This document shows positions 15,507 to 23,406 of a stretch of 32,000 nt of DNA, piece by piece. The translations under genes were made by a program, and so were the position numbers. The stretch is from assembly GCA_964543385.1 (NCBI GenBank), contig CAZIYE010000001.1:180001-212000 (forward strand), written 5' to 3'. Below the pieces are notes generated by a model, which saw only the letters and a list, made by a program, of their open reading frames with translations, was not told the DNA's origin and did no database searches. Positions within the stretch are counted from its first letter, which is position 1; each line of letters begins with the position of its first letter. This DNA comes from an uncultured Candidatus Saccharibacteria bacterium (GTDB lineage: Bacteria > Patescibacteriota > UBA1384 > XYA2-FULL-43-10 > 1-14-0-10-43-13).

Positions 15507-16574
15507 TTAATATACCATCATCTTAAAACTCTTAGGATCCAGAGAGTAATTAAGGGCGTCTTCCAGGGTAATATCCCCCCTAGAGACATATTCTGCCAAA
15601 ACTTTATCGAGACTAATCATACCTTCAGCAGCAGATGTTTGAATAATATTTGGTATCTGATAATTCTTTCCTTCTCTAATAAGACTCTTTACTGCTGAAT
15701 TAGCTACCATTATTTCAGCTGCTAATACCCTTCCACCACCAATTTTAGGAATAAGGCGTTGTGAAACAACTCCAAGCAAGCAAGATGCAAACTGACTTTG
15801 AATTTGCTGCTGCAAGTGTGGCGGGAAAACATTAACTATACGATCAGCAGTCTGCGCAGTCGAATTCGTATGCAGAGTGGTAAAAACGAGATGCCCTGTC
15901 TCAGCCAAGGTAAGCGCAGCTTCAATTGTTTCGAGGTCTCGCATCTCACCTACCAAAACAACATCCGGATCTTCTCTTAAAGCCGATCTCAAAGCCCTAG
16001 AAAAAGAATTAGTATCTGATCCTACCTCTCTTTGAGATATTACGCTCTTCTTGTGATCAAAAACATACTCTATAGGATCCTCGATAGTGACTATGTGCTT
16101 GCTTTTTTCGCTATTTATCTTATCAATCAAGGCCGCTAATGTAGACGATTTACCAGAACCAGTAGGTCCGGTGATAATAACAAAACCTTGGCTTGGCTCA
16201 GTGAATTTTTCAAGGATCGGTGGTAATCCTAGGTCTTTGAAACTTCTTATATCTTTAGGAATAAGACGCAATGATGCAGATAATGTGCCCTTTTGATAAT
16301 AAACATTTGCTCTAAAACGCATATTTTGATAGCCAAAAGAGAAATCTGCCTCTCTTTTTTGCTTTAGGGTCAACAAAAGTTCAGCGGGGGTAAAGATAGC
16401 AATTAATTCCTTTGCTTTTTGTTCTGTGATTATTGCAGCATCAGGTATTGGCAACAATTTGCCATCAATTCTAACCATTGCCGGTATACCCACATTTATA
16501 TGAATATCAGATGCATTCTTTGACACAGCAAAGTTAAGATAAGAAGCAACTTCCGAATTCTTTTTTTCTGTCAT
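15507..16574 (-). CDS. pilT: Retraction ATPase PilT
   Basis: 355 aa. Walker A GPTGSGKSST, Asp box/Walker B DPDVVLVGEMRD and His box GHLVFTTLHTNS. The length and the absence of an N-terminal GspE-N domain fit PilT. SD GGAGGGG. Confidence 0.9.
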   Translation of the reverse strand: MTEKKNSEVASYLNFAVSKNASDIHINVGIPAMVRIDGKLLPIPDAAIITEQKAKELIAIFTPAELLLTLKQKREADFSFGYQNMRFRANVYYQKGTLSASLRLIPKDIRSFKDLGLPPILEKFTEPSQGFVIITGPTGSGKSSTLAALIDKINSEKSKHIVTIEDPIEYVFDHKKSVISQREVGSDTNSFSRALRSALREDPDVVLVGEMRDLETIEAALTLAETGHLVFTTLHTNSTAQTADRIVNVFPPHLQQQIQSQFASCLLGVVSQRLIPKIGGGRVLAAEIMVANSAVKSLIREGKNYQIPNIIQTSAAEGMISLDKVLAEYVSRGDITLEDALNYSLDPKSFKMMVY

Positions 16575-16631
16575 GCCCCTCCTAGGACGAATAACAATCC
16601 ATAAATAATCTTAACTTGGATCGATAATATC

Positions 16632-16661
16632 ATTATACTAGTAAAATATACAAACAAGCAA
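16632..16661 (-). promoter_or_regulatory. Candidate internal promoter upstream of pilT (TTGCTT, 18-nt spacer, TATAAT)
   Basis: On the plus strand, aagcaa at 16656-16661 and attata at 16632-16637, in the 92-nt pilB-pilT gap. Confidence 0.35.
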
Positions 16662-16666
16662 TCCGT

Positions 16667-19183
16667 TTAATTGTTGATAACGGCTTGGAAAATCTCATCA
16701 ACAGTAGTCTGGCCTGCAAAAGCTTTAATAATTCCATCTTGTTTCATAGTTATCATCCCCTCTTTAATAGCAGTTTCTTTTATTTCATTTGCTGGCCTTT
16801 TGGCAATCGCCAATTCCTCGATAGCCGGCGTAATTGTCATCACCTCATAAATACCAACTCGACCTTTGAATCCTTGATTGCATTCAGAGCAACCTTTGCC
16901 ATGATAAAGTTTTAATTCTGCTGGAATGCGTTCTTTGTCTTTAATATTATTAGCCGGTATTTTTGCCATCTCTGCCATCAGTTCATCCATAAGTTTTTGC
17001 GGTACCTTTATTTCCTCACGACATTTGGGACAAATTCGTCTCACCAATCTCTGTGCTATTACTAGATTTATAGCAGAAGTAATAAGAAATGGTTCAACAC
17101 CCATGTTAATGAGTCTAGGCAATGCACCAGCGGTATCGTTTGTATGCAGCGTAGACAGAACTAAATGACCAGTAAGTGCGGCATGTGTCGACATAGCAGC
17201 GGTTTCCGCATCACGTATTTCACCGACCATGATAACATTTGGATCCTGACGAAGGATACTACGTAAACCAGAAGCAAAGGTAAAGCCAATCTCTGGTTTG
17301 ATCTGACATTGATTTATGCCAGCAATTTCATACTCCACGGGGTCCTCAAGAGTAACAATATTGACGCCAGGCACACTAATTCTGCTCAAAACCGCGTACA
17401 ATGTAGTAGATTTACCAGAACCAGTAGGACCTGTGGAAAGTATTATCCCGTAAGGTTTCTCAATCGCTGCGTTGGTCTCTTCAAACGCGCTACCTTGCAT
17501 TCCCAAATCTTCCAAAGATAATATACCTTTACTTTTGTCCAAAACTCTCATAACAACTTTTTCGCCATGTACAGTAGGCAATGTAGATACACGAACATCG
17601 ACTTGATGGTTTTTAAACTCAACATCGAAACGACCATCTTGAGGAATACGACTTTCATCAATTTTTAGCTTTGACAATATTTTAATACGACTCACAAAAG
17701 GAGGATGAAATTTCAACGGAGCCTTAACGGCATCTTTTAAGATACCGTCTACTCTGCAGCGAATTCTTAGGGATTTATTTTCTGGTTCTACGTGAATGTC
17801 TGAGGCTTTTTTCATCAAAGCAAAGTTTATAACTGCCGCAACGATCTTGGGAATGGAGCCCTCTTTGACTATTTCGTCTAACATTTTCTCATCAAGAATA
17901 TCTTCTTTTATAAGCGAACCGAGATTGTTTTCGCTAGATTCCTGGTCAACGGGCTCTGGCTCGACATCTTCTATTGCAGTAGGTGTTTGTGGTCCGTTTT
18001 CTAATGCTGCCCCAGCTACGCTTGTAGCTTCATTTGACTTATCCTGTTTTACCTTTAAATCATTCGCTACCACTTCTTGTTGCTCTGACTTATTATCTAT
18101 AGCGTTCTGTTCTTCTTTATCCAGTTGCACTTCGTCCGTATCGTGTTTATCATTCTCAGGTAATTCTTCAGAGGAGGCAATCTCATCCATTGTAAATTCT
18201 GGACCACTTTCAGAGACTAAACTATCAAGTAAACCTCTGATAGCACTTTTGGAATCAGATTTCTCTTTGTTGATGTTTTGGCTATTTACCGCCGGGATAT
18301 TTGCGCCTGCAACACCATCCATATTTTTTATCGCCTGATCATCACCCTGATCACTTTTTGTATCAATAGTAACATTATTGTTAATAATATTTTTTTTAGG
18401 GGAGCTATTTCCACCGATCCTTGCAAGAACATATTCAATATCATCACGGGAGGTAGCAAACTTTTCGATGTTTACCCCATTTTCCTTTTTGATGAAATCC
18501 AAAATCTTCATGGTAATAGGTGAGTCTGGTTGTTCGCACGCGATAAGATAATGACCACGCTTATTTTGATCAAAAACAACAAGTCGATATTTTGCAACAA
18601 AATCTTTCGGAAATTTTTTTAGAAATCCCTCTTGAATCGGCTGATTTCTAAGATAAACGATAGGCAAACTACCTTTTTTCATCAAAAGAGAATTCTTGTC
18701 ATTCTGCCTGTATTGCTTGATTACTTCTATAAAATCAGTTTCGCCGGTTACAAAAAGTTCAACCTCTAATTTTCTTTTTTCAAAAAGATCCCTAAGGCCA
18801 CCCTGAAAACCAGTCAGAATGTCAGCTGGTTTTGAGATCGCAATCCGAATCATCCCCTCATCTAAGCCAAAAGCTATAATTCCAAATCTCCTAGCGATCT
18901 TTTCCGTTATTATGACCTTTAGCTCGTCAGGAACACGTACGTTTCTGAGCTCAACATATGGTAACTTCAAAATTATACTATAAGCCTTATTGATTGTATC
19001 TCTAGTAACAATACGATTTTTACACAAAAAGTCCTCAATCTGGCGGTTGGTTTTCAACTGCTTTTTTAGACGAGCAGCGTCATCTTGGTCGATCAAATCT
19101 TGCAAGACAAAAACATCCAAAATAGACTGATCAAGGAAAGTACTATTAGAAATGTTGTAATAGTTTTGGTTAAGATTAGCCAT
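16667..19183 (-). CDS. pilB: Assembly ATPase PilB (GspE family), with two N-terminal GspE-N-like domains and a long acidic low-complexity insert
   Basis: 838 aa. Walker A GPTGSGKSTT, DPNVIMVGEIRD, GHLVLSTLHTND and a tetracysteine site CPKC...CSEC. Residues about 258-425 are D/E/S/N/Q-rich with no predicted fold. Confidence 0.92.
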   Translation of the reverse strand: MANLNQNYYNISNSTFLDQSILDVFVLQDLIDQDDAARLKKQLKTNRQIEDFLCKNRIVTRDTINKAYSIILKLPYVELRNVRVPDELKVIITEKIARRFGIIAFGLDEGMIRIAISKPADILTGFQGGLRDLFEKRKLEVELFVTGETDFIEVIKQYRQNDKNSLLMKKGSLPIVYLRNQPIQEGFLKKFPKDFVAKYRLVVFDQNKRGHYLIACEQPDSPITMKILDFIKKENGVNIEKFATSRDDIEYVLARIGGNSSPKKNIINNNVTIDTKSDQGDDQAIKNMDGVAGANIPAVNSQNINKEKSDSKSAIRGLLDSLVSESGPEFTMDEIASSEELPENDKHDTDEVQLDKEEQNAIDNKSEQQEVVANDLKVKQDKSNEATSVAGAALENGPQTPTAIEDVEPEPVDQESSENNLGSLIKEDILDEKMLDEIVKEGSIPKIVAAVINFALMKKASDIHVEPENKSLRIRCRVDGILKDAVKAPLKFHPPFVSRIKILSKLKIDESRIPQDGRFDVEFKNHQVDVRVSTLPTVHGEKVVMRVLDKSKGILSLEDLGMQGSAFEETNAAIEKPYGIILSTGPTGSGKSTTLYAVLSRISVPGVNIVTLEDPVEYEIAGINQCQIKPEIGFTFASGLRSILRQDPNVIMVGEIRDAETAAMSTHAALTGHLVLSTLHTNDTAGALPRLINMGVEPFLITSAINLVIAQRLVRRICPKCREEIKVPQKLMDELMAEMAKIPANNIKDKERIPAELKLYHGKGCSECNQGFKGRVGIYEVMTITPAIEELAIAKRPANEIKETAIKEGMITMKQDGIIKAFAGQTTVDEIFQAVINN

Positions 19184-19206
19184 CTATTGGGGACCTAATA
19201 ATTATT

Positions 19207-19479
19207 CTAAATACCAGCAAAAGGATTTTCTCTACCAACGTTTTCGGTAGGGGCACTAATAGGCATCTGAACTAAATTACTTTTTGATTTAATCAGTTCT
19301 TGAGCATTTTGTTTCACACTACCGATCTCCACAGTATTATATTTTTCATCTAGCACAATAGTATCGCTGCTCGATGGTTGAGAAGACTTCCAGAGCAAGA
19401 AAAATCCTGCACATACGACTATTAATAACAGAAGGCTAGCGGTTAAAGCTAGATTCTGTTGCTTGAGTCCCTTTTTCAT
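19207..19479 (-). CDS. Small single-pass membrane protein, possibly PilP-like
   Basis: 90 aa with an N-terminal TM (LALTASLLLLIVVCAGFFLLW). The C-terminal GRENPFAGI resembles the R-D/N-P-F motif seen in PilP/GspC-type proteins. It overlaps the pilO-like stop by 4 nt. Confidence 0.3.
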   Translation of the reverse strand: MKKGLKQQNLALTASLLLLIVVCAGFFLLWKSSQPSSSDTIVLDEKYNTVEIGSVKQNAQELIKSKSNLVQMPISAPTENVGRENPFAGI

Positions 19480-20084
19480 AATCCTCCTTCAGTAGTAGAT
19501 AAATCTTCACCTTCTTGGGTAGATGGTAGTATTGCTTCTGAAGACAATGAAGCTACATTGCCCGACCTATAAGCTTCTATCAAGTAAGATGCAGATAACC
19601 CGTTTTCTGCAGATGACAGGGAGATGTTTTTTATATTCATGAATTTTAGATCGTCCTCTAAAGCCTTCGTCATCTTATTTATACTTTCAAAATTACCATC
19701 AACATTAAAAGAGATAGTAATTGAGCTTACGCTATTACTGCCACCAGAGGACCCTTCCTCTGACAACTGAATTCCCGGAACAATAAGATTGTTTACGAAA
19801 GCGATAGCCTCGATCTCAGATATTACATTTGGCTCATCCTTGTCTTTTGGCATGGCAACAAATAACTGATTGACAATAGGGCCTAGATCATCGATATCCT
19901 TCTTAGCTACTCTCAGTGACTCCAGCTTAGTATTTGCAGATACAATTTCTTGCTCTAGTTTCTTTAAATCTAACTTATTTTTCTGATATTCAGGAATAAT
20001 AACCTTCCAGCTATAAAAGAAAGAGGCAAGAACTACTATTACAATCATTGAAATTACATAAAAAGAACTATTGGATCGCTGCAT
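19476..20084 (-). CDS. pilO: PilO-like pilus alignment protein (202 aa from the corrected start)
   Basis: N-terminal TM, a coiled coil (KLDLKKLEQEIVSANTKLESLRVAKKD), then a ferredoxin-like pattern (PNVISEIEAIA...ITISFNVDGNFESINKMTKALEDDLKFMNIKNISLS). A perfect SD AAGGAGGTG sits 3 nt before the ATG at 20082-20084. Confidence 0.55.
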   Translation of the reverse strand: MQRSNSSFYVISMIVIVVLASFFYSWKVIIPEYQKNKLDLKKLEQEIVSANTKLESLRVAKKDIDDLGPIVNQLFVAMPKDKDEPNVISEIEAIAFVNNLIVPGIQLSEEGSSGGSNSVSSITISFNVDGNFESINKMTKALEDDLKFMNIKNISLSSAENGLSASYLIEAYRSGNVASLSSEAILPSTQEGEDLSTTEGGL

Positions 20085-20826
20085 TTTCACCTCCTTGATC
20101 ATCAAAAGCTTCTACATCACTAGTATTAGAATCAGGAGCTTCCAAACTCCCAGATACATCTTCTGAGGCCTGATTATCTGTCTTAGGTTTTTCACTTAAG
20201 CTCTGCGATCGATCGATTACCGCGCTGATGGCATATGACGTTTCAAACTTCTTTGTCTGTTCGTTAACCGCCTGACTAACATTCATCAGCTGAACCTCTT
20301 TCAGGATATTGGCATCGTTTACTTTCCATCCGCGCAAGAGCAGAAGCTGATCTGCAACCGCTCGATACGACGGAGCTTGTCCGTTGAAACTTATTTTTCC
20401 ATCTGTCGAAACAGAAATATTACCTATCTGTATGTTTTGTGCAATTTTTTGATAAAATTTGGGGAGAAACTCACTCACTGTATACCTGCCAGAACTTACG
20501 CTAGACAAGCCAGTAACAGCAGACTTGAAGGTACTAGCTTTCACTTCAATGTCAGCGAGACTCGGGGTTGCAATCTCAGAAATAATTTCAGTTTTCTCCT
20601 GAGATTTATCTTTTATGGCTTGTTTTGCGCTGTTATTTAATAGCCAAAAGAATATAGATCCGGCTATCGCCACAAGAGCAGCCATCCAGCAAATAAATAA
20701 GGCCAGGCCGTAGCCTCTGTTATTTGAGACCTCAAAAGATTCATCAGTAACCTGAGTAGCACTACCAATAGATTGGGCTGCCCCAGGAGGTGGCGCTGTT
20801 TTTTTTGCAAAATTCGCAAAGTTCAT
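20068..20826 (-). CDS. pilN: PilN-like single-pass membrane protein with an acidic C-terminal tail
   Basis: 252 aa: short cytoplasmic N-terminus, TM (LALFICWMAALVAIAGSIFFWLL), then a PilN-like pattern (IQIGNISVSTDGKISFNGQAPSYRAVADQLLLL...VQLMNVSQ). SD GGAGGG. Position immediately upstream of the pilO-like gene. Confidence 0.45.
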   Translation of the reverse strand: MNFANFAKKTAPPPGAAQSIGSATQVTDESFEVSNNRGYGLALFICWMAALVAIAGSIFFWLLNNSAKQAIKDKSQEKTEIISEIATPSLADIEVKASTFKSAVTGLSSVSSGRYTVSEFLPKFYQKIAQNIQIGNISVSTDGKISFNGQAPSYRAVADQLLLLRGWKVNDANILKEVQLMNVSQAVNEQTKKFETSYAISAVIDRSQSLSEKPKTDNQASEDVSGSLEAPDSNTSDVEAFDDQGGENAAIQ

Positions 20827-20855
20827 TTTCCCTCCAAAATATACTTGTTATTTAT

Positions 20856-20885
20856 AATATAGCTTACTTTACTGCCCACTTACAA
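20856..20885 (-). promoter_or_regulatory. Candidate promoter of the T4P machinery operon (TTGTAA, 18-nt spacer, TATATT)
   Basis: On the plus strand, ttacaa at 20880-20885 and aatata at 20856-20861, in the 169-nt gap upstream of the pilN-like gene. Weak evidence given the AT-rich context. Confidence 0.3.
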
Positions 20886-20995
20886 GCCCTTAAATATCCA
20901 CCAACTGCGTCATCGTAGGACGATTTCAGATTGTTTCTTTTTGGGATCTTGCAACGACAGCTTCGCTCTAATCCTTACTGCTAACAACTTCTATA

Positions 20996-22444
20996 CTAAT
21001 TTCCAGAATTTCCAACCTCTTTTGGACTTGGAATATTTAAATATCTGAATCCTGGTGGCACTTTATCGCCGGTATTATAATCGTAAAAGAAACGTATATT
21101 ATCCGTACCATTATCAATCGAAAAGTTTTTTGCAACAAAAGCACCTTTCATCTGGATGTTGTCAGCACTATTTAAAGTAAGTAAACTATTCTTGCAAAAT
21201 GTCATTGCTTGTATATTATTATTTCCCTTAAAAGCACAATTACCAGAAGAAGAAACAACTCGTACGGTTGCTCGACTAGTCAAAGGAAGAGGGATAACTG
21301 GGGGATTAGCATCTCTCGTACATTCAAGAATAAAATTTGTAGTCCCATTTATTCCATTGGATGCTTGATTTATAAACAGTTGTCGTCTACCAACAATAGA
21401 CGGCACATTTATAGTAAATGGCCAAACAGCAGCGGCTGGATCGCTTTTTAAATCGCACTTATTTGCACCAGTACTCCAGCCAGTTAGGTAAACTATAGAA
21501 TTCAAGGCCATACCCGCTGTGATGCTGCCAAGATCAATAGTTTCGTTATTACCAGCGATAACAGGGTCAAATCCTGGAATAAGTCCCTGCAATTCAACTT
21601 TTGGAGGGATATTTACTGTTATCTCATCATAATTAGTGGAACTATTATATGAACATGTTAGTCTATAGGTATATGTACCTCCAGACATACGTCCAAGGTC
21701 GTAAGTGCCGTTAATTCCCTTCTGACCGCTACTTGACCAGCCGCCGGAGCCAGTAGGTGTGCAAGTAGTAGTAGCCGAGACTCCTTTTACTGACCACCTC
21801 AATCGAGCAAATTGATCATAGTCTATGTCATTAACCGTCTGTACTGTTGGAGTATAAACGCCATCAGCATCATGTGAAATCGGTATTGGAAAAGCAGAGT
21901 TATCTGAATATTCAATTGACAAATCTATATAGGGTTTTAACTCGATTGGCATACTTTTATGTATAAAAACACCATTCCTCTCCACCATAATTACAGCTCT
22001 GTATACCCCAGCAGTAGCATAAGTGAAAGAGAAAGTATGATTTCTCCATAAACTAGATGTATTAATTGAATGATTATAATCATAGTTTCGAGTACAAATT
22101 GCATTTAGATCAGCAACACTATAAACATTTCCCCCATTGTAAGCCGGAGAACAACTTGACCAAAAATAATAATTAATAACACCTCTCCTACCACGAACAT
22201 TGACGTTGAAATTGACCTTGCCGGCCGGAAATGAAGCACTGTCCCAAATTGCACCACTGACCGGTAGTGCACTTGGAGCAGTTGAATAGTCACTTATTAT
22301 CAGCGAATTAGTAAACAAGCTCGCCCCAACAGCAGAGGTTCTGGCATAACGAAGAGCAAAGAATACTAGCACTATTAATACCAGCGCTGCTAACAACATA
22401 ATTGAGCGATTCATTTTATTGATTTTATCTTCAGGTCTTTTCAT
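20996..22444 (-). CDS. Secreted or anchored hypothetical protein (482 aa) with PKD/Ig-like segments
   Basis: N-terminal anchor (IMLLAALVLIVLVFFAL). A PKD-like stretch (HTFSFTYATAGVYRAVIMVERNG) and a Cys-framed Ig-like module (TTCTPTGSGGWSSSG...YTYRLTC). The C-terminus is GAFVAKNFSIDNGTDNIRFFYDYN. No family recognised. Confidence 0.6.
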   Translation of the reverse strand: MKRPEDKINKMNRSIMLLAALVLIVLVFFALRYARTSAVGASLFTNSLIISDYSTAPSALPVSGAIWDSASFPAGKVNFNVNVRGRRGVINYYFWSSCSPAYNGGNVYSVADLNAICTRNYDYNHSINTSSLWRNHTFSFTYATAGVYRAVIMVERNGVFIHKSMPIELKPYIDLSIEYSDNSAFPIPISHDADGVYTPTVQTVNDIDYDQFARLRWSVKGVSATTTCTPTGSGGWSSSGQKGINGTYDLGRMSGGTYTYRLTCSYNSSTNYDEITVNIPPKVELQGLIPGFDPVIAGNNETIDLGSITAGMALNSIVYLTGWSTGANKCDLKSDPAAAVWPFTINVPSIVGRRQLFINQASNGINGTTNFILECTRDANPPVIPLPLTSRATVRVVSSSGNCAFKGNNNIQAMTFCKNSLLTLNSADNIQMKGAFVAKNFSIDNGTDNIRFFYDYNTGDKVPPGFRYLNIPSPKEVGNSGN

Positions 22445-22449
22445 ATTTA

Positions 22450-22743
22450 TTATTTCATAGTAGGCACTGGACCTGTTTTAAATTCATAATCGTGACTGCC
22501 ATTGCGTAGCGATTCAGCCATTGCCTTATATCTTTTTGCAGCATAATGACTGGGTGGAAATTTCTTTGCCTTCTGCTCATATATAAATGCTTGCACTTGA
22601 TTATCTAACCAAGGATATTGATTTTTAATCAATGGAATCATATAGAGATTGTAAAGTAAAATAAACAAGCCCAGTAAAAAAACAATTACTGCTAAAACCG
22701 TCCAAACAACTTTTAAACCGCTTCTTCTATTTTCCACAATCAA
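22450..22743 (-). CDS. Small membrane protein (97 aa), hypothetical
   Basis: One TM (VVWTVLAVIVFLLGLFILLY). Packed tightly between its neighbours (5-nt and 25-nt gaps). Confidence 0.5.
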   Translation of the reverse strand: MIVENRRSGLKVVWTVLAVIVFLLGLFILLYNLYMIPLIKNQYPWLDNQVQAFIYEQKAKKFPPSHYAAKRYKAMAESLRNGSHDYEFKTGPVPTMK

Positions 22744-22768
22744 CCTCTTCTACTCTATACTAAACATC

Positions 22769-23260
22769 CTAGTGTACATGGCCATTAACAATCCATTCGG
22801 TTACAGTCATGTTGTGTACAGGATCAAGGGCGCCTTCGCCAATATGGTTAGCTGGAGGATTTACGCCCTCATAAAATGCAGTGGTTTTATATCCGCAGTA
22901 ATTTGAGTCAGTAATACTAGTCGAATTATTACCAACAAGGTTAGAGGAGTAATATCTGTCTTCGCCAGGGTACGGGGTAGCAGTAACAGTACAATCACGT
23001 TTCCCGGTTACACCGGCCCAACCATTATTATCAATCCCCTCATCGTCATATAGACCAAATCTATATAATCCAAATATCTCATTAGCAAGCCATTTTTCAG
23101 AATAACTCCCAGGATTGCTGTCCGTACCCGTTTCAGCATCAGCATATGCCCTCAACGCTCTACCTATTCCACCAGTAGCTGCCCAGACACCTCCTGCTAC
23201 CACGAGCATTATTATACCGCTCCAGAAAAACACTTTACTTTTGTACTGAAAATTTTTCAT
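22769..23260 (-). CDS. Secreted hypothetical protein (163 aa from the corrected start)
   Basis: Signal/anchor VFFWSGIIMLVVAGGVWAA. SD GAGGGAG lies 3 nt before the ATG at 23258-23260; the track start at 23272 is a GTG inside the SD. Confidence 0.55.
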   Translation of the reverse strand: MKNFQYKSKVFFWSGIIMLVVAGGVWAATGGIGRALRAYADAETGTDSNPGSYSEKWLANEIFGLYRFGLYDDEGIDNNGWAGVTGKRDCTVTATPYPGEDRYYSSNLVGNNSTSITDSNYCGYKTTAFYEGVNPPANHIGEGALDPVHNMTVTEWIVNGHVH

Positions 23261-23312
23261 CTTCTCCCTCACTTAATATTTTTAATTATTTACAATCCGA
23301 TTATTTTGTCTT

Positions 23313-23382
23313 GTCATCTCGAGCGGCGATAGCCAGTCGAGAGATCTTGTTAGCAAGATTTCTCCGCTTCGGTCGAAATGAC
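23313..23382. repeat. GC-rich compound palindromic element of about 70 nt
   Basis: Outer arms GTCATCTCGAGCGG / CCGCTTCGGTCGAAATGAC. Inner 11-bp hairpin 23339-23349/23354-23364 with a 4-nt loop. Its plus-strand translation (..LARFLRFGRNDI..) is the type of spurious peptide such repeats generate. Confidence 0.7.
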
Positions 23383-23406
23383 ATTCCACATTCAACGTTT
23401 CGCTTT

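Noticed and set aside
17796-18338. 180-aa plus-strand ORF, the longest on the plus strand
   Set aside because: It lies entirely antisense to the low-complexity acidic insert of pilB. Its Ser/Phe/Cys-rich low-complexity translation is the mirror image of the D/E/K-rich coding strand. It is a shadow ORF.
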